Shown: positions 1 through 7,345 of the stretch, one piece after another
Numbering within the stretch: position 1 is the first letter of the stretch
How the letters are laid out: each line of letters starts with the position of its first letter
Assembly (NCBI GenBank): GCA_031119155.1
Contig: JAVHYH010000001.1
Coordinates: 10,249 to 50,151 of the forward strand
DNA from: Brevundimonas sp.
GTDB lineage: Bacteria; Pseudomonadota; Alphaproteobacteria; Caulobacterales; Caulobacteraceae
Direction of reading: 5' to 3'
Length of the DNA stretch: 39,903 nt
Notes under the pieces: model-generated
What the model saw: the letters and a program-made list of their open reading frames with translations, nothing else
Told to the model about the DNA's origin: nothing
Database searches by the model: none
Translations under genes and position numbers: made by a program

Positions 1-22
1 GACGGGGATAGCTCAAGGTCAT
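1..22 (-). CDS. 5' end of a gene running off the left edge (MTLSYPV...)
   Basis: Minus-strand ATG at 22-20 preceded by SD-like GGGAG; divergent from apaG; only 7 codons visible. Confidence 0.45.
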
Positions 23-125
23 GGCTCCCGCTTACACGAATTCGGCGACAGTCTCTCCCGTCTCGTCAGCGGTGCGGCTATGGCGACGCTTGCACGCGCC
101 GACGCCTTCCGGGACCATTCCAGCC

Positions 126-533
126 ATGTACGACACGCCCGCCTATGAAGCCGAGACCGACGGGATTCTGGTCCGCGTCCGCCCCAGCTATCTGGCCGGC
201 CAGTCCGACCCGGAGGGCGGGCGCTGGGTCTGGGCCTATCAGGTGGAGATCGTGAACCTGTCGGCCTCGCCGGTGCAGCTGGTCGCCCGCCGCTGGACGA
301 TCACCGACGCCCTCGGTCATGTGGAGGAGGTGCGTGGTCCGGGCGTGGTCGGCGAGAAGCCGACGATCCAGCCGGGCGACAGCTATTCCTACGCCTCGGG
401 CTGCCCGCTCGGCACGCCGTCCGGCAGCATGGTCGGCGCCTATTCGATGGTTGATGATCTGGGGCGAATGTTCGAGGTGGCCATTCCGGCCTTCAGTCTG
501 GACGTCCCGGGCGAGAGACGCGTGCTGAACTAG
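126..533 (+). CDS. apaG: ApaG protein
   Basis: Motifs [54 protein letters not shown]; start taken at MYDTPAY (M36 of ORF 21..533). Confidence 0.95.
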   Translation: MYDTPAYEAETDGILVRVRPSYLAGQSDPEGGRWVWAYQVEIVNLSASPVQLVARRWTITDALGHVEEVRGPGVVGEKPTIQPGDSYSYASGCPLGTPSGSMVGAYSMVDDLGRMFEVAIPAFSLDVPGERRVLN

Positions 534-574
534 GCGCTCTCTCGGCGGGCCCTCTGGCAGGCGCCGGTGCGACC

Positions 575-678
575 AGTGGTTGGTGATTGGTGATTGGTGG
601 TTCGACTGGACTGCGGCTTGCGCGGCGCGGGCAGGATGACGGCGACCGCCATCCACCAATCTCCAATCACCAATCACT
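575..678. repeat. Heptamer-armed inverted-repeat element (copy 1)
   Basis: Arms 575-600 AGTGGTTGGTGATTGGTGATTGGTGG and 653-678 are 24/26 reverse-complementary and built of TGGTGAT-type 7-mers. Confidence 0.85.
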
Positions 679-853
679 TGCATCGCGCGGTGCTCGACGG
701 CCTTACGCCGGAGCTTGAGCCACCCGGAGGTGCAGGGGCTGCGTCAACCCGGATAACCGCAGCCCCCGCCCCCGGCGTCGTCGCCGCAGCGGGCGGCGTC
801 AACGCGGACGGCGGCCCCTCTAGGGGCCATCTGTGACAGCCATGTGGCCGGAT

Positions 854-891
854 AAAAGAAAGGCGGCTCGCGGGGTGGTGCGAGCCGCCTT
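854..891 (-). terminator. Intrinsic terminator of gcrA
   Basis: Stem AAGGCGGCTCGC/GCGAGCCGCCTT (860-871/880-891) followed on minus strand by a T-rich tract; 17 bp past the gcrA stop. Confidence 0.85.
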
Positions 892-908
892 GGGCAGGTC
901 AGTGCGAC

Positions 909-1433
909 CTAGATGTAGCGACGCAGGCTGCGGGCCAGGTCGGAAGCGCCGTCCTTGCCGCCCTTGCGGACCTGCGGCTGGTAGGCGACCCGGGCGTGCT
1001 CGACGCAATAGACGCCTTCCGAAGCGCGACGGCCGCAGAAGCTGAACTCGGCCGAAGACGGGTCGCCGATCGGCCATTTGCACATGTGGGCGCCCAGGGT
1101 CATGACCGTGGCGGTGCCCGGCAGGTCGGGGATCGGCGCCGGGGTCGGCGCGACCGGGACGGCGATGCGCGGCTGGGCGGCCTCGATGCGGCGCGGAGCC
1201 GACGGAGCCTGGGTCGGTTGCGGGGTGGGGCGCGGACGCGACGGGCGGAAGGTGGCGCGCGCCGGCTGCGACGGGGCCGCACGGCCCGACAGGCCCAGAC
1301 GGTGCACCTTGCCGATCACGGCGTTGCGGGTCACGCCGCCGCCCAGCTGCTTGGCGATCTGGCTCGCCGACTGGCCTTCAAGCCACAGCTTCTTCAGCGC
1401 GCCGACGCGATCTTCGGTCCAGCCTGCGGTCAT
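909..1433 (-). CDS. gcrA: GcrA cell-cycle regulator
   Basis: N-terminal WTEDRVGALKKLWLEGQSASQIAKQLGGGVTRNAVIGKVHRLGL, Pro-rich linker, C-terminal CKWPIGDP...FCG...YCVEH; adjacent to ABC permease-argD-argF. Confidence 0.97.
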   Translation of the reverse strand: MTAGWTEDRVGALKKLWLEGQSASQIAKQLGGGVTRNAVIGKVHRLGLSGRAAPSQPARATFRPSRPRPTPQPTQAPSAPRRIEAAQPRIAVPVAPTPAPIPDLPGTATVMTLGAHMCKWPIGDPSSAEFSFCGRRASEGVYCVEHARVAYQPQVRKGGKDGASDLARSLRRYI

Positions 1434-1447
1434 GGTCGCCCTCCAGG

Positions 1448-1575
1448 GATTCAACATATGGGGTCGGTATGTCCCTCCTGTGGGGCCGACCTACTCCTAA
1501 TCGTAAACCACCTCTTAAAACGCGCAATATGTGGGAATTGGTCCGTCCACAGGAACTACATCTGGTATGGTTAAG
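1448..1575 (-). promoter_or_regulatory. gcrA promoter region with CtrA-like site, DnaA-like box, GANTC and NrdR-like boxes
   Basis: TTAA-N7-TTTAC on minus at 1518-1503; CCGTCCACA 1543-1551; GATTC 1448-1452; three C-N-A-N-A-T-N-T-N-G cores in 16-mers at 1449, 1522 and 1553. Confidence 0.7.
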
Positions 1576-1603
1576 ATGGGTCTCGGGAATGGGACCGGCT
1601 GGC

Positions 1604-1711
1604 GGTGATTGGGAGTTGGTGATTGGTGGTTTGCGGCAGCCGACGGGCGTTCGACTGACAAAGCGCGGTGGGCCGCCCCAGCCCGCCACCAATCACCAAC
1701 CACCAATCACC
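1604..1711. repeat. Heptamer-armed inverted-repeat element (copy 2)
   Basis: Arms 1604-1629 GGTGATTGGGAGTTGGTGATTGGTGG and 1686-1711 are 24/26 reverse-complementary; same family as 575-678. Confidence 0.85.
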
Positions 1712-1757
1712 TGCCGCCCCCTTGCGCCGCCGCGCTTCCGGCCGCATCTCCGCGCTC

Positions 1758-2579
1758 ATGACCGATCTCGCCTCCACGCGCCCGTCCGGGCTCCCGCAGC
1801 CGCGCCGCTATGACGGCGTCAACTGGGAGGGGGTGAAGACCCTGTACCTCAGGGAGGTCCGGCGCTTCTGGAAGGTCGGGGCCCAGACCGTGGCCGCGCC
1901 GGTGGTGACGACCCTGCTCTACATGCTGGTCTTCGTGGTCGCCCTGAAGGACTCGCGCCCGCCGATCGACGGCACCCCCTTCGCCGAGTTCGTGGCCCCC
2001 GGCCTGATCATGATGGCGATCCTGAACAACGCCTTCGCCAACGCCTCGTCCAGCCTGATCCAGGCCAAGATCATGGGCACCTCGACCGACTTCCTGACCC
2101 CGCCGCTCAGTCCGCTGGAGCTGACCATCGGCTTCTCGCTGGGCGCCGCCACCCGCGGCATCGCCGTGGGTCTGGTCACCGCCATCTGCGTCATGCCTTT
2201 CGCCAGGCTGGGCGTCAGCAATGTCCTGACCATTGTCTGGTTCGCCCTGACCGCCTCGCTGATGATGGGGATGCTGGGCGTCTTCGCCGGTCTCTGGGCC
2301 GAGAAGTTCGACCAGCTGGCGGCCGTCCAGAACTTCCTGATCATGCCGATGACCTTCCTGTCCGGCACCTTCTATCTGGTCGGCAACCTGCCCGAGCCGT
2401 TCGCCACGATCAGCCACTGGAACCCGATCTTCTACATGATCGACGGCTTCCGCTTCGGCTTTATCGGCCACGCCGAGGGCAATCTCTGGGTCGGGGTCGT
2501 GATGAGCGCCGTCCTGACCCTGCTCATGTCCTGGGCCTGCTGGGCGATCTTCAAGTCCGGCTGGCGGCTGAAGAGCTGA
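1758..2579 (+). CDS. ABC-2 type transporter permease (YadH-like)
   Basis: TLYLREVRRFWKV, FVAPGLIMMAILNNAFAN, PMTFLSGTFY, NPIFYMIDGFRFGF; about 6 TM segments; start at MTDLAST. Confidence 0.92.
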   Translation: MTDLASTRPSGLPQPRRYDGVNWEGVKTLYLREVRRFWKVGAQTVAAPVVTTLLYMLVFVVALKDSRPPIDGTPFAEFVAPGLIMMAILNNAFANASSSLIQAKIMGTSTDFLTPPLSPLELTIGFSLGAATRGIAVGLVTAICVMPFARLGVSNVLTIVWFALTASLMMGMLGVFAGLWAEKFDQLAAVQNFLIMPMTFLSGTFYLVGNLPEPFATISHWNPIFYMIDGFRFGFIGHAEGNLWVGVVMSAVLTLLMSWACWAIFKSGWRLKS

Positions 2580-2643
2580 TCGGCGGGCTGGCGGCGCGAC
2601 GGTCCAGCCGTTAGCAAGGGCGGGAACCAACGGGAGGGTTTCC

Positions 2644-3549
2644 ATGCTGATCCAGTCGCTTTTCGCGCTTTCTCTGCTGGCCGCGCCGGTCCAGGACGAC
2701 GCCCTGACGGCCGAGGGGCAGGCCGTCGAGACGGCCATCCAGGCCTATGCCGCCAAGACCAATGACCAGCGCCGCGACATCGTCGTCGCCCAGTTGCGCG
2801 CGCAGGGCTTCGCCCCGCAGGTCGTGCCTTTCGAGGGCGGTAATGAGCGCACCGGTCCGCGCGCGGGCGGCAATGTCGTCATCACGGTGGGGCAGGGCGA
2901 CAAGGACATCGTCCTGACCGGCCATTTTGACGCCGTGCCGCTGCGCGACGGCTCCATGTCGCAGGGCGTGGTCGACAACGCCGGCTCGGTCGCCGCCCTG
3001 ATGGAAGCCGCCGGCCTGATCAAGGATCAGGTCGAGCAGACGCCGGGGCCGTATCGCTACGTCTTCGTCTTCACCGACCAGGAGGAGTTGGGCCTGATCG
3101 GCGCGCGCAAATGGCTCGAGGCGCAGGACAAGTCGCGCATCCACGCGGTCATCAACATGGACGTCAACGCCTATGGCGAGACGCTGATGTACGGCGAGAA
3201 CGTCGGCGAAGCCTCGGCCTTCGTGCTGCGCGCCATGCGGACCCAGTGCGCCGAGCGGGCCGTCGACTGCGTCGCCTTCCCCAACTATCCGCCCAGCGAT
3301 GACCGCGTCTTCTCGGCCGCCGGCCTGCCGGTGATCTCGATCGGTTCGCAGGACGCCGTCGGCGCCCACCAGATGTGGCTGGCCTTCAACGGCGGCGAGA
3401 CCAACGGTCTGGCCGAGGGCTTCGTGCCGCCGGTCTTCCAGCGCATCCACTCGGCCGATGACCGGATGGAGTGGGTCGACGGCGACGACATCCTGCGCAC
3501 CGCCCGCTTCGTCGCGGATCTGGCCCTGCGTCTGGCGCGGGACGAGTAA
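2644..3549 (+). CDS. Secreted M28-family metallopeptidase
   Basis: Signal peptide; metal-ligand motifs GHFD, DNAGS, DQEELGLIGA, INMD, SDD, IHSADD. Confidence 0.9.
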   Translation: MLIQSLFALSLLAAPVQDDALTAEGQAVETAIQAYAAKTNDQRRDIVVAQLRAQGFAPQVVPFEGGNERTGPRAGGNVVITVGQGDKDIVLTGHFDAVPLRDGSMSQGVVDNAGSVAALMEAAGLIKDQVEQTPGPYRYVFVFTDQEELGLIGARKWLEAQDKSRIHAVINMDVNAYGETLMYGENVGEASAFVLRAMRTQCAERAVDCVAFPNYPPSDDRVFSAAGLPVISIGSQDAVGAHQMWLAFNGGETNGLAEGFVPPVFQRIHSADDRMEWVDGDDILRTARFVADLALRLARDE

Positions 3550-3552
3550 GGC

Positions 3553-4068
3553 GTGATCGAGGTCAGGAACGTCGAGCAGACCGCCCGGGATCTGCGGCCT
3601 CTCAAGGGCGGCTGGGGCGTCCTGCATTGGTATGCCTACCTGCCGTGGCTGATCCCCTATCTCGGGCTGGTGGTGATGACAGCGCTCCTGATGGGCTCGG
3701 CGCCATGGCTGGAATTCACGCCCGTGTGGATCGCGCTGGTCACGGTGGTGCTGTGGGTGGTCGCAAGCCATCTGATGCACAGGGCCATGCTGCATCAGGC
3801 CGCCAAGGCGCCGTCGCGGGGCGTGCCCTACGACTGGGCGTTCGACAACGAGGGTCTGGTCCAGACCAATCCGCTGATGTCGAGCCATATCCGCTGGGCC
3901 GCCATGCATGATGTGCGCGAGGAAGCCGACCGGTTCATCATCCTGATCTCGCCGCAGTCGAACCCCGTCCTGCCCAAGCGGCTGATGACCGAGGCCCAGA
4001 TTGTCGCCCTGCGCACCTTGGTGACGGAAGTGCGCGCGTCGGGTCGTCTCGGGCGCGGTGTTGACTAA
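3553..4068 (+). CDS. YcxB-like membrane protein
   Basis: Two TM helices then FDNEGL..SHIRWAAMHDVREEADRFII..VLPKR, typical of the YcxB/PH-like C-terminal domain; GTG start 3 bp after the upstream stop. Confidence 0.7.
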   Translation: MIEVRNVEQTARDLRPLKGGWGVLHWYAYLPWLIPYLGLVVMTALLMGSAPWLEFTPVWIALVTVVLWVVASHLMHRAMLHQAAKAPSRGVPYDWAFDNEGLVQTNPLMSSHIRWAAMHDVREEADRFIILISPQSNPVLPKRLMTEAQIVALRTLVTEVRASGRLGRGVD

Positions 4069-4106
4069 CCCCGGTTCGCGTCCGACAAGACCGGACACTT
4101 TTTATC

Positions 4107-4143
4107 GGCTCCGTCGCACCCGCGACGGGGCCGTCTCTCTTCT
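4107..4143 (+). terminator. GC-rich hairpin with pyrimidine tail upstream of argD
   Basis: GGCTCCGTCGC-ACCC-GCGACGGGGCC followed by GTCTCTCTTCT, directly before the argD SD GGAGG. Confidence 0.5.
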
Positions 4144-4157
4144 GGAGGTTCAGTCCC

Positions 4158-5348
4158 GTGTCCCAAGAACATCTGATGGGTGTCTACAACCGCGCGCCGC
4201 TGGAGGTTGAGCGTGGTCTGGGCGCGCGTCTGTGGTCCACGGACGGCACGGAATATCTGGACTGCGTGGCGGGCATCTCGACCAACGGTCTGGGTCACGC
4301 CCATCCCAAGCTGGTCGCCGCGGTGACCGAGCAGGCCCAGAAGCTGTGGCACGTCTCCAACATCTTCCGCATCCCGGGCCAGGAAGCGCTGGCTGACGCC
4401 CTGTGCGAGAAGTCGTTCGCCGACGTCGTCTTCTTCACCAACTCGGGCACGGAAGCCGTCGAGTGCGCGCTGAAGACGGCGCGCAAGCATCACGTCGCGA
4501 ACGGCCAGCCCGAGCGGATCGACATCTACGGCTTCGACGGCTCGTTCCACGGCCGGACCTACGGCGCGATCAACGCCGCCGCCAACCCGTCCTACACCGA
4601 AGGCTTCGGCCCGAAGATGGAAGGCTTCCATCAGCTGATCTGGGGCGACAAGGACGCGCTGAAGGCCGCCTTCGAGAACCCGACCACGGCCGCCATCATC
4701 CTTGAGCCCGTGCAGGGCGAGGGCGGCTGCCGCTCGACCCCGGACGAAGACCTGCGCTGGATGCGCGAGATGGCCGACGCCAACGGCGTGCTGATCATCT
4801 TCGACGAGGTCCAGTGCGGCATGGGCCGGACCGGCAAGCTGTGGGCCCACGAATGGGCCGGCATGACCCCGGACATCATGGCCATCGCCAAGGCCCTGGG
4901 CGGCGGCTTCCCCATCGGCGCCTGTCTGGCCACCACCAATGCGGCCAAGGGCATGACCGTCGGCGTCCACGGCTCGACCTTCGGCGGCAACCCGCTGGCC
5001 ATGGCGGTCGGCAAGGCCGCCTTCGCCGAGCTGTCGGCCCCCGAGACCCTAGCCCACGTCAACGAGATCGCCGGCTATCTGAAGCAGCAGCTTCACGGCC
5101 TGCAGCAGCGCTTCCCGGACGTCATCGTCGACGTCCGCGGCAAGGGGCTGCTGATCGGCGTGAAGCTGGTTCCGAACAACCGCGAATTCATGGGCTGGGC
5201 CCGCGACGAGCAGAAGCTGCTGGTCGCCGGCGGCGGTGACAACTGCGTGCGCATTCTGCCGCCGCTCGTGCTGACGCTGGACGAGGCCCGCGAGGCCGTC
5301 GAGCGTTTCGAGAAGACCTGCGAGTTCGCGCGGACCAAGCTGGCCTGA
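4158..5348 (+). CDS. argD: Acetylornithine aminotransferase
   Basis: Class-III aminotransferase motifs [55 protein letters not shown]; upstream of argF. Confidence 0.95.
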   Translation: MSQEHLMGVYNRAPLEVERGLGARLWSTDGTEYLDCVAGISTNGLGHAHPKLVAAVTEQAQKLWHVSNIFRIPGQEALADALCEKSFADVVFFTNSGTEAVECALKTARKHHVANGQPERIDIYGFDGSFHGRTYGAINAAANPSYTEGFGPKMEGFHQLIWGDKDALKAAFENPTTAAIILEPVQGEGGCRSTPDEDLRWMREMADANGVLIIFDEVQCGMGRTGKLWAHEWAGMTPDIMAIAKALGGGFPIGACLATTNAAKGMTVGVHGSTFGGNPLAMAVGKAAFAELSAPETLAHVNEIAGYLKQQLHGLQQRFPDVIVDVRGKGLLIGVKLVPNNREFMGWARDEQKLLVAGGGDNCVRILPPLVLTLDEAREAVERFEKTCEFARTKLA

Positions 5349-5373
5349 GGCCCTGACAGAACGGGAGGGCCTC

Positions 5374-6288
5374 ATGGTCCGTCACTTCCTCGACATCCAT
5401 CGGCTCAGCGCCGAGGACCTGCGCGGCATTCTGGACGACGCCCATGCCCGCAAGACGGCTCGCAAGGGCTGGCCCAAGGGGCGCGTCGACGCCGACGCTC
5501 CGGCGAAGGATCGCGTCCTCGCCATGGTGTTCGAGAAGAACTCGACCCGCACCCGCTTCAGCTTCGACGCCGCCATCCGCCAGCTGGGCGGTTCGGGCAT
5601 CATCGCCAACGCCGGCGACATGCAGCTGGGGCGCGGCGAGCCGGTCGAAGACACCGCCCGTGTCCTGTCGCGCATGGTCGACGCCGTGATGATCCGCGCA
5701 AACGACCACGAGGATGTCGAGCGCTTCGCCCGTGTCTCGACTGTGCCGGTGATCAACGGCCTGACCGACCGCTCGCATCCCTGCCAGATCCTGGCCGACC
5801 TGCTGACCATCGAGGAGCATCTCGGGCCGGTGGCGGGCAAGACGATCGCCTGGGTCGGCGATGGCAACAACGTCTGCCACAGCTTCATGCACGCCGCGCC
5901 GAAGTTCGGCTTCCGGCTGCAGGTCGCCTGTCCGGCCGAGTATCACCCGGACCTGCACGATCTGGCCAAGGGCGGCGACCATGTCGTCCTGACCAGCGAT
6001 CCGCGCGAGGCCGTCGCCGGCGCCGACGTCGTCGTCACCGACACCTGGGTGTCGATGGGCGATCAGGACTATGAAGCCCGACTGGAAGCCTTCGACGGCT
6101 ACGGCGTCGATGACGCCCTGATGGCTCTGGCCAACGAAGGCGCCGTCTTCCTGCACTGCCTGCCCGCCCACCGCGGGGAAGAGGTGACGGACTCGGTCAT
6201 CGACGGCCCAAAGTCGCTGGTTTGGGACGAGGCGGAAAACCGCATCCACGCCCAGAAGGCCGTGCTGGCCTGGTGCTTCGCGGGCTAA
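5374..6288 (+). CDS. argF: Ornithine carbamoyltransferase
   Basis: [43 protein letters not shown]. Confidence 0.97.
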   Translation: MVRHFLDIHRLSAEDLRGILDDAHARKTARKGWPKGRVDADAPAKDRVLAMVFEKNSTRTRFSFDAAIRQLGGSGIIANAGDMQLGRGEPVEDTARVLSRMVDAVMIRANDHEDVERFARVSTVPVINGLTDRSHPCQILADLLTIEEHLGPVAGKTIAWVGDGNNVCHSFMHAAPKFGFRLQVACPAEYHPDLHDLAKGGDHVVLTSDPREAVAGADVVVTDTWVSMGDQDYEARLEAFDGYGVDDALMALANEGAVFLHCLPAHRGEEVTDSVIDGPKSLVWDEAENRIHAQKAVLAWCFAG

Positions 6289-6297
6289 AGATCGAAT

Positions 6298-6330
6298 GGG
6301 GCGGCTCCGTGAGCCGCCCCTTTCTTTTTT
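6298..6330 (+). terminator. Intrinsic terminator after argF
   Basis: GGGGCGGCTC-CGT-GAGCCGCCCC followed by TTTCTTTTTT. Confidence 0.9.
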
Positions 6331-6345
6331 GCCTTCGGGTTCGAC

Positions 6346-6855
6346 CTACTGCAGCTTCACATCCGCCACGCCGCCCGCATCCGGGATGGTTTTCGTGATG
6401 TTCGCCTTGGCGATCTCATAGGCGAATTTGAAGAAGCCGCCCTCGTTCACCCAGACCCGTCCGTCATCGGCGTCGAAGCGCAGGATGGTCAGGTGCGGGT
6501 CGTCCTTGCCCTCCGGATACCAGGCCGCCAGCACCGGGTTCCAGTAACGATCGATGATGGCGCGGTCCTGCCCGTGCACGGACAGGTCGCCGTGGATGCA
6601 GGCCCAGACATTCTGGTCCTTCGAGCCGTAGTGGAACATGGCGCTTTGCCCGCCGGGCAGGGCGGCGTCCTTCGCCAGATCGGTGTCGTCGCGGGTGAAG
6701 AACCAGATGGTTCCGGTCTCTTCCTCGCGGAAGGCGGTCATCGGCTGGGCGTGGTAGCCGGGCTGGTCCAGGCCCAGCAGGCCGGTGTTGGACTTCTTCA
6801 GGCTGTCCCAGAAATGCTGTTCGGCCTCGGCGGCGGTAAGGGTCTTGTCGCCCAT
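6346..6855 (-). CDS. General stress protein, FMN-binding split-barrel (pyridoxamine 5'-phosphate oxidase-like)
   Basis: HAQPMTA, IWFFT, IDRYWNPVLAAWYPEGKDDP motifs; SD AGGAGA upstream. Confidence 0.85.
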   Translation of the reverse strand: MGDKTLTAAEAEQHFWDSLKKSNTGLLGLDQPGYHAQPMTAFREEETGTIWFFTRDDTDLAKDAALPGGQSAMFHYGSKDQNVWACIHGDLSVHGQDRAIIDRYWNPVLAAWYPEGKDDPHLTILRFDADDGRVWVNEGGFFKFAYEIAKANITKTIPDAGGVADVKLQ

Positions 6856-6917
6856 GAACGTTTCTCCTGCAATCGGGGTCGATCAGGGAAGCGTTGGGCG
6901 TCGGGCCGGTTCCGTCC

Positions 6918-7124
6918 TCAAACGGACCGCTGCGGCACGCCCAGCAGGGCGCCGATGTGGATCAGCAGCAGCACGGTGACCGCCCCGCTCATCACCATGA
7001 TGAACCGCCAGGGCGCCATGCGCACCTTTTGACTCGGATCCCACGGTCGCGCGCCCCGCCATCCCGCGAACAGGGTCAGGGCCAGGAAGGCCGCGGTCAG
7101 GATCAGGGTCAGGCGCATGTCCAT
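6918..7124 (-). CDS. Small 2-TM hypothetical membrane protein
   Basis: 68 aa, two hydrophobic helices with GWRGARPWDP...RMAPWRFIM loop; start may be 7118; divergent from podJ. Confidence 0.7.
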   Translation of the reverse strand: MDMRLTLILTAAFLALTLFAGWRGARPWDPSQKVRMAPWRFIMVMSGAVTVLLLIHIGALLGVPQRSV

Positions 7125-7183
7125 CCGCGCCAGTTGGACTGCCGCAAGGCTCCGCGCAAGGGGCCTGAGTCCTTGCCGGGAGG

Positions 7184-7344
7184 TTAATCTTCACGCGTCG
7201 TTAACCATGTTGGAGGCATCCATACGGTCGGTGTTCGGTCTTTCCACAGGAAGCTGGGGGCGACCCCACATCTTGGGGTTAACAGCGCGTTTACACCCTT
7301 GATCTGGCGCACTAGCGTTCGAATCAAAGGTCGGGAGGCGAATC
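7184..7344 (+). promoter_or_regulatory. podJ promoter region with CtrA-like sites, DnaA-like box, NrdR-like boxes and two GANTC sites
   Basis: TTAACCAT 7201-7208; CTTTCCACA 7240-7248; TTAA-N7-TTTAC 7279-7294; GAATC at 7321 and 7340; 16-mers at 7263 and 7295. Confidence 0.7.
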
Positions 7345-7345
7345 A

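Noticed and set aside
575-1711. Short tandem repeats as a possible CRISPR array
   Set aside because: Units are 7 nt, arranged as inverted arms without unique spacers, and there are no cas genes
6889-6913. SigT-type promoter for the general stress protein gene
   Set aside because: GGAAC is present but the -10 reads CGCTT at non-canonical spacing; plausible but not supportable
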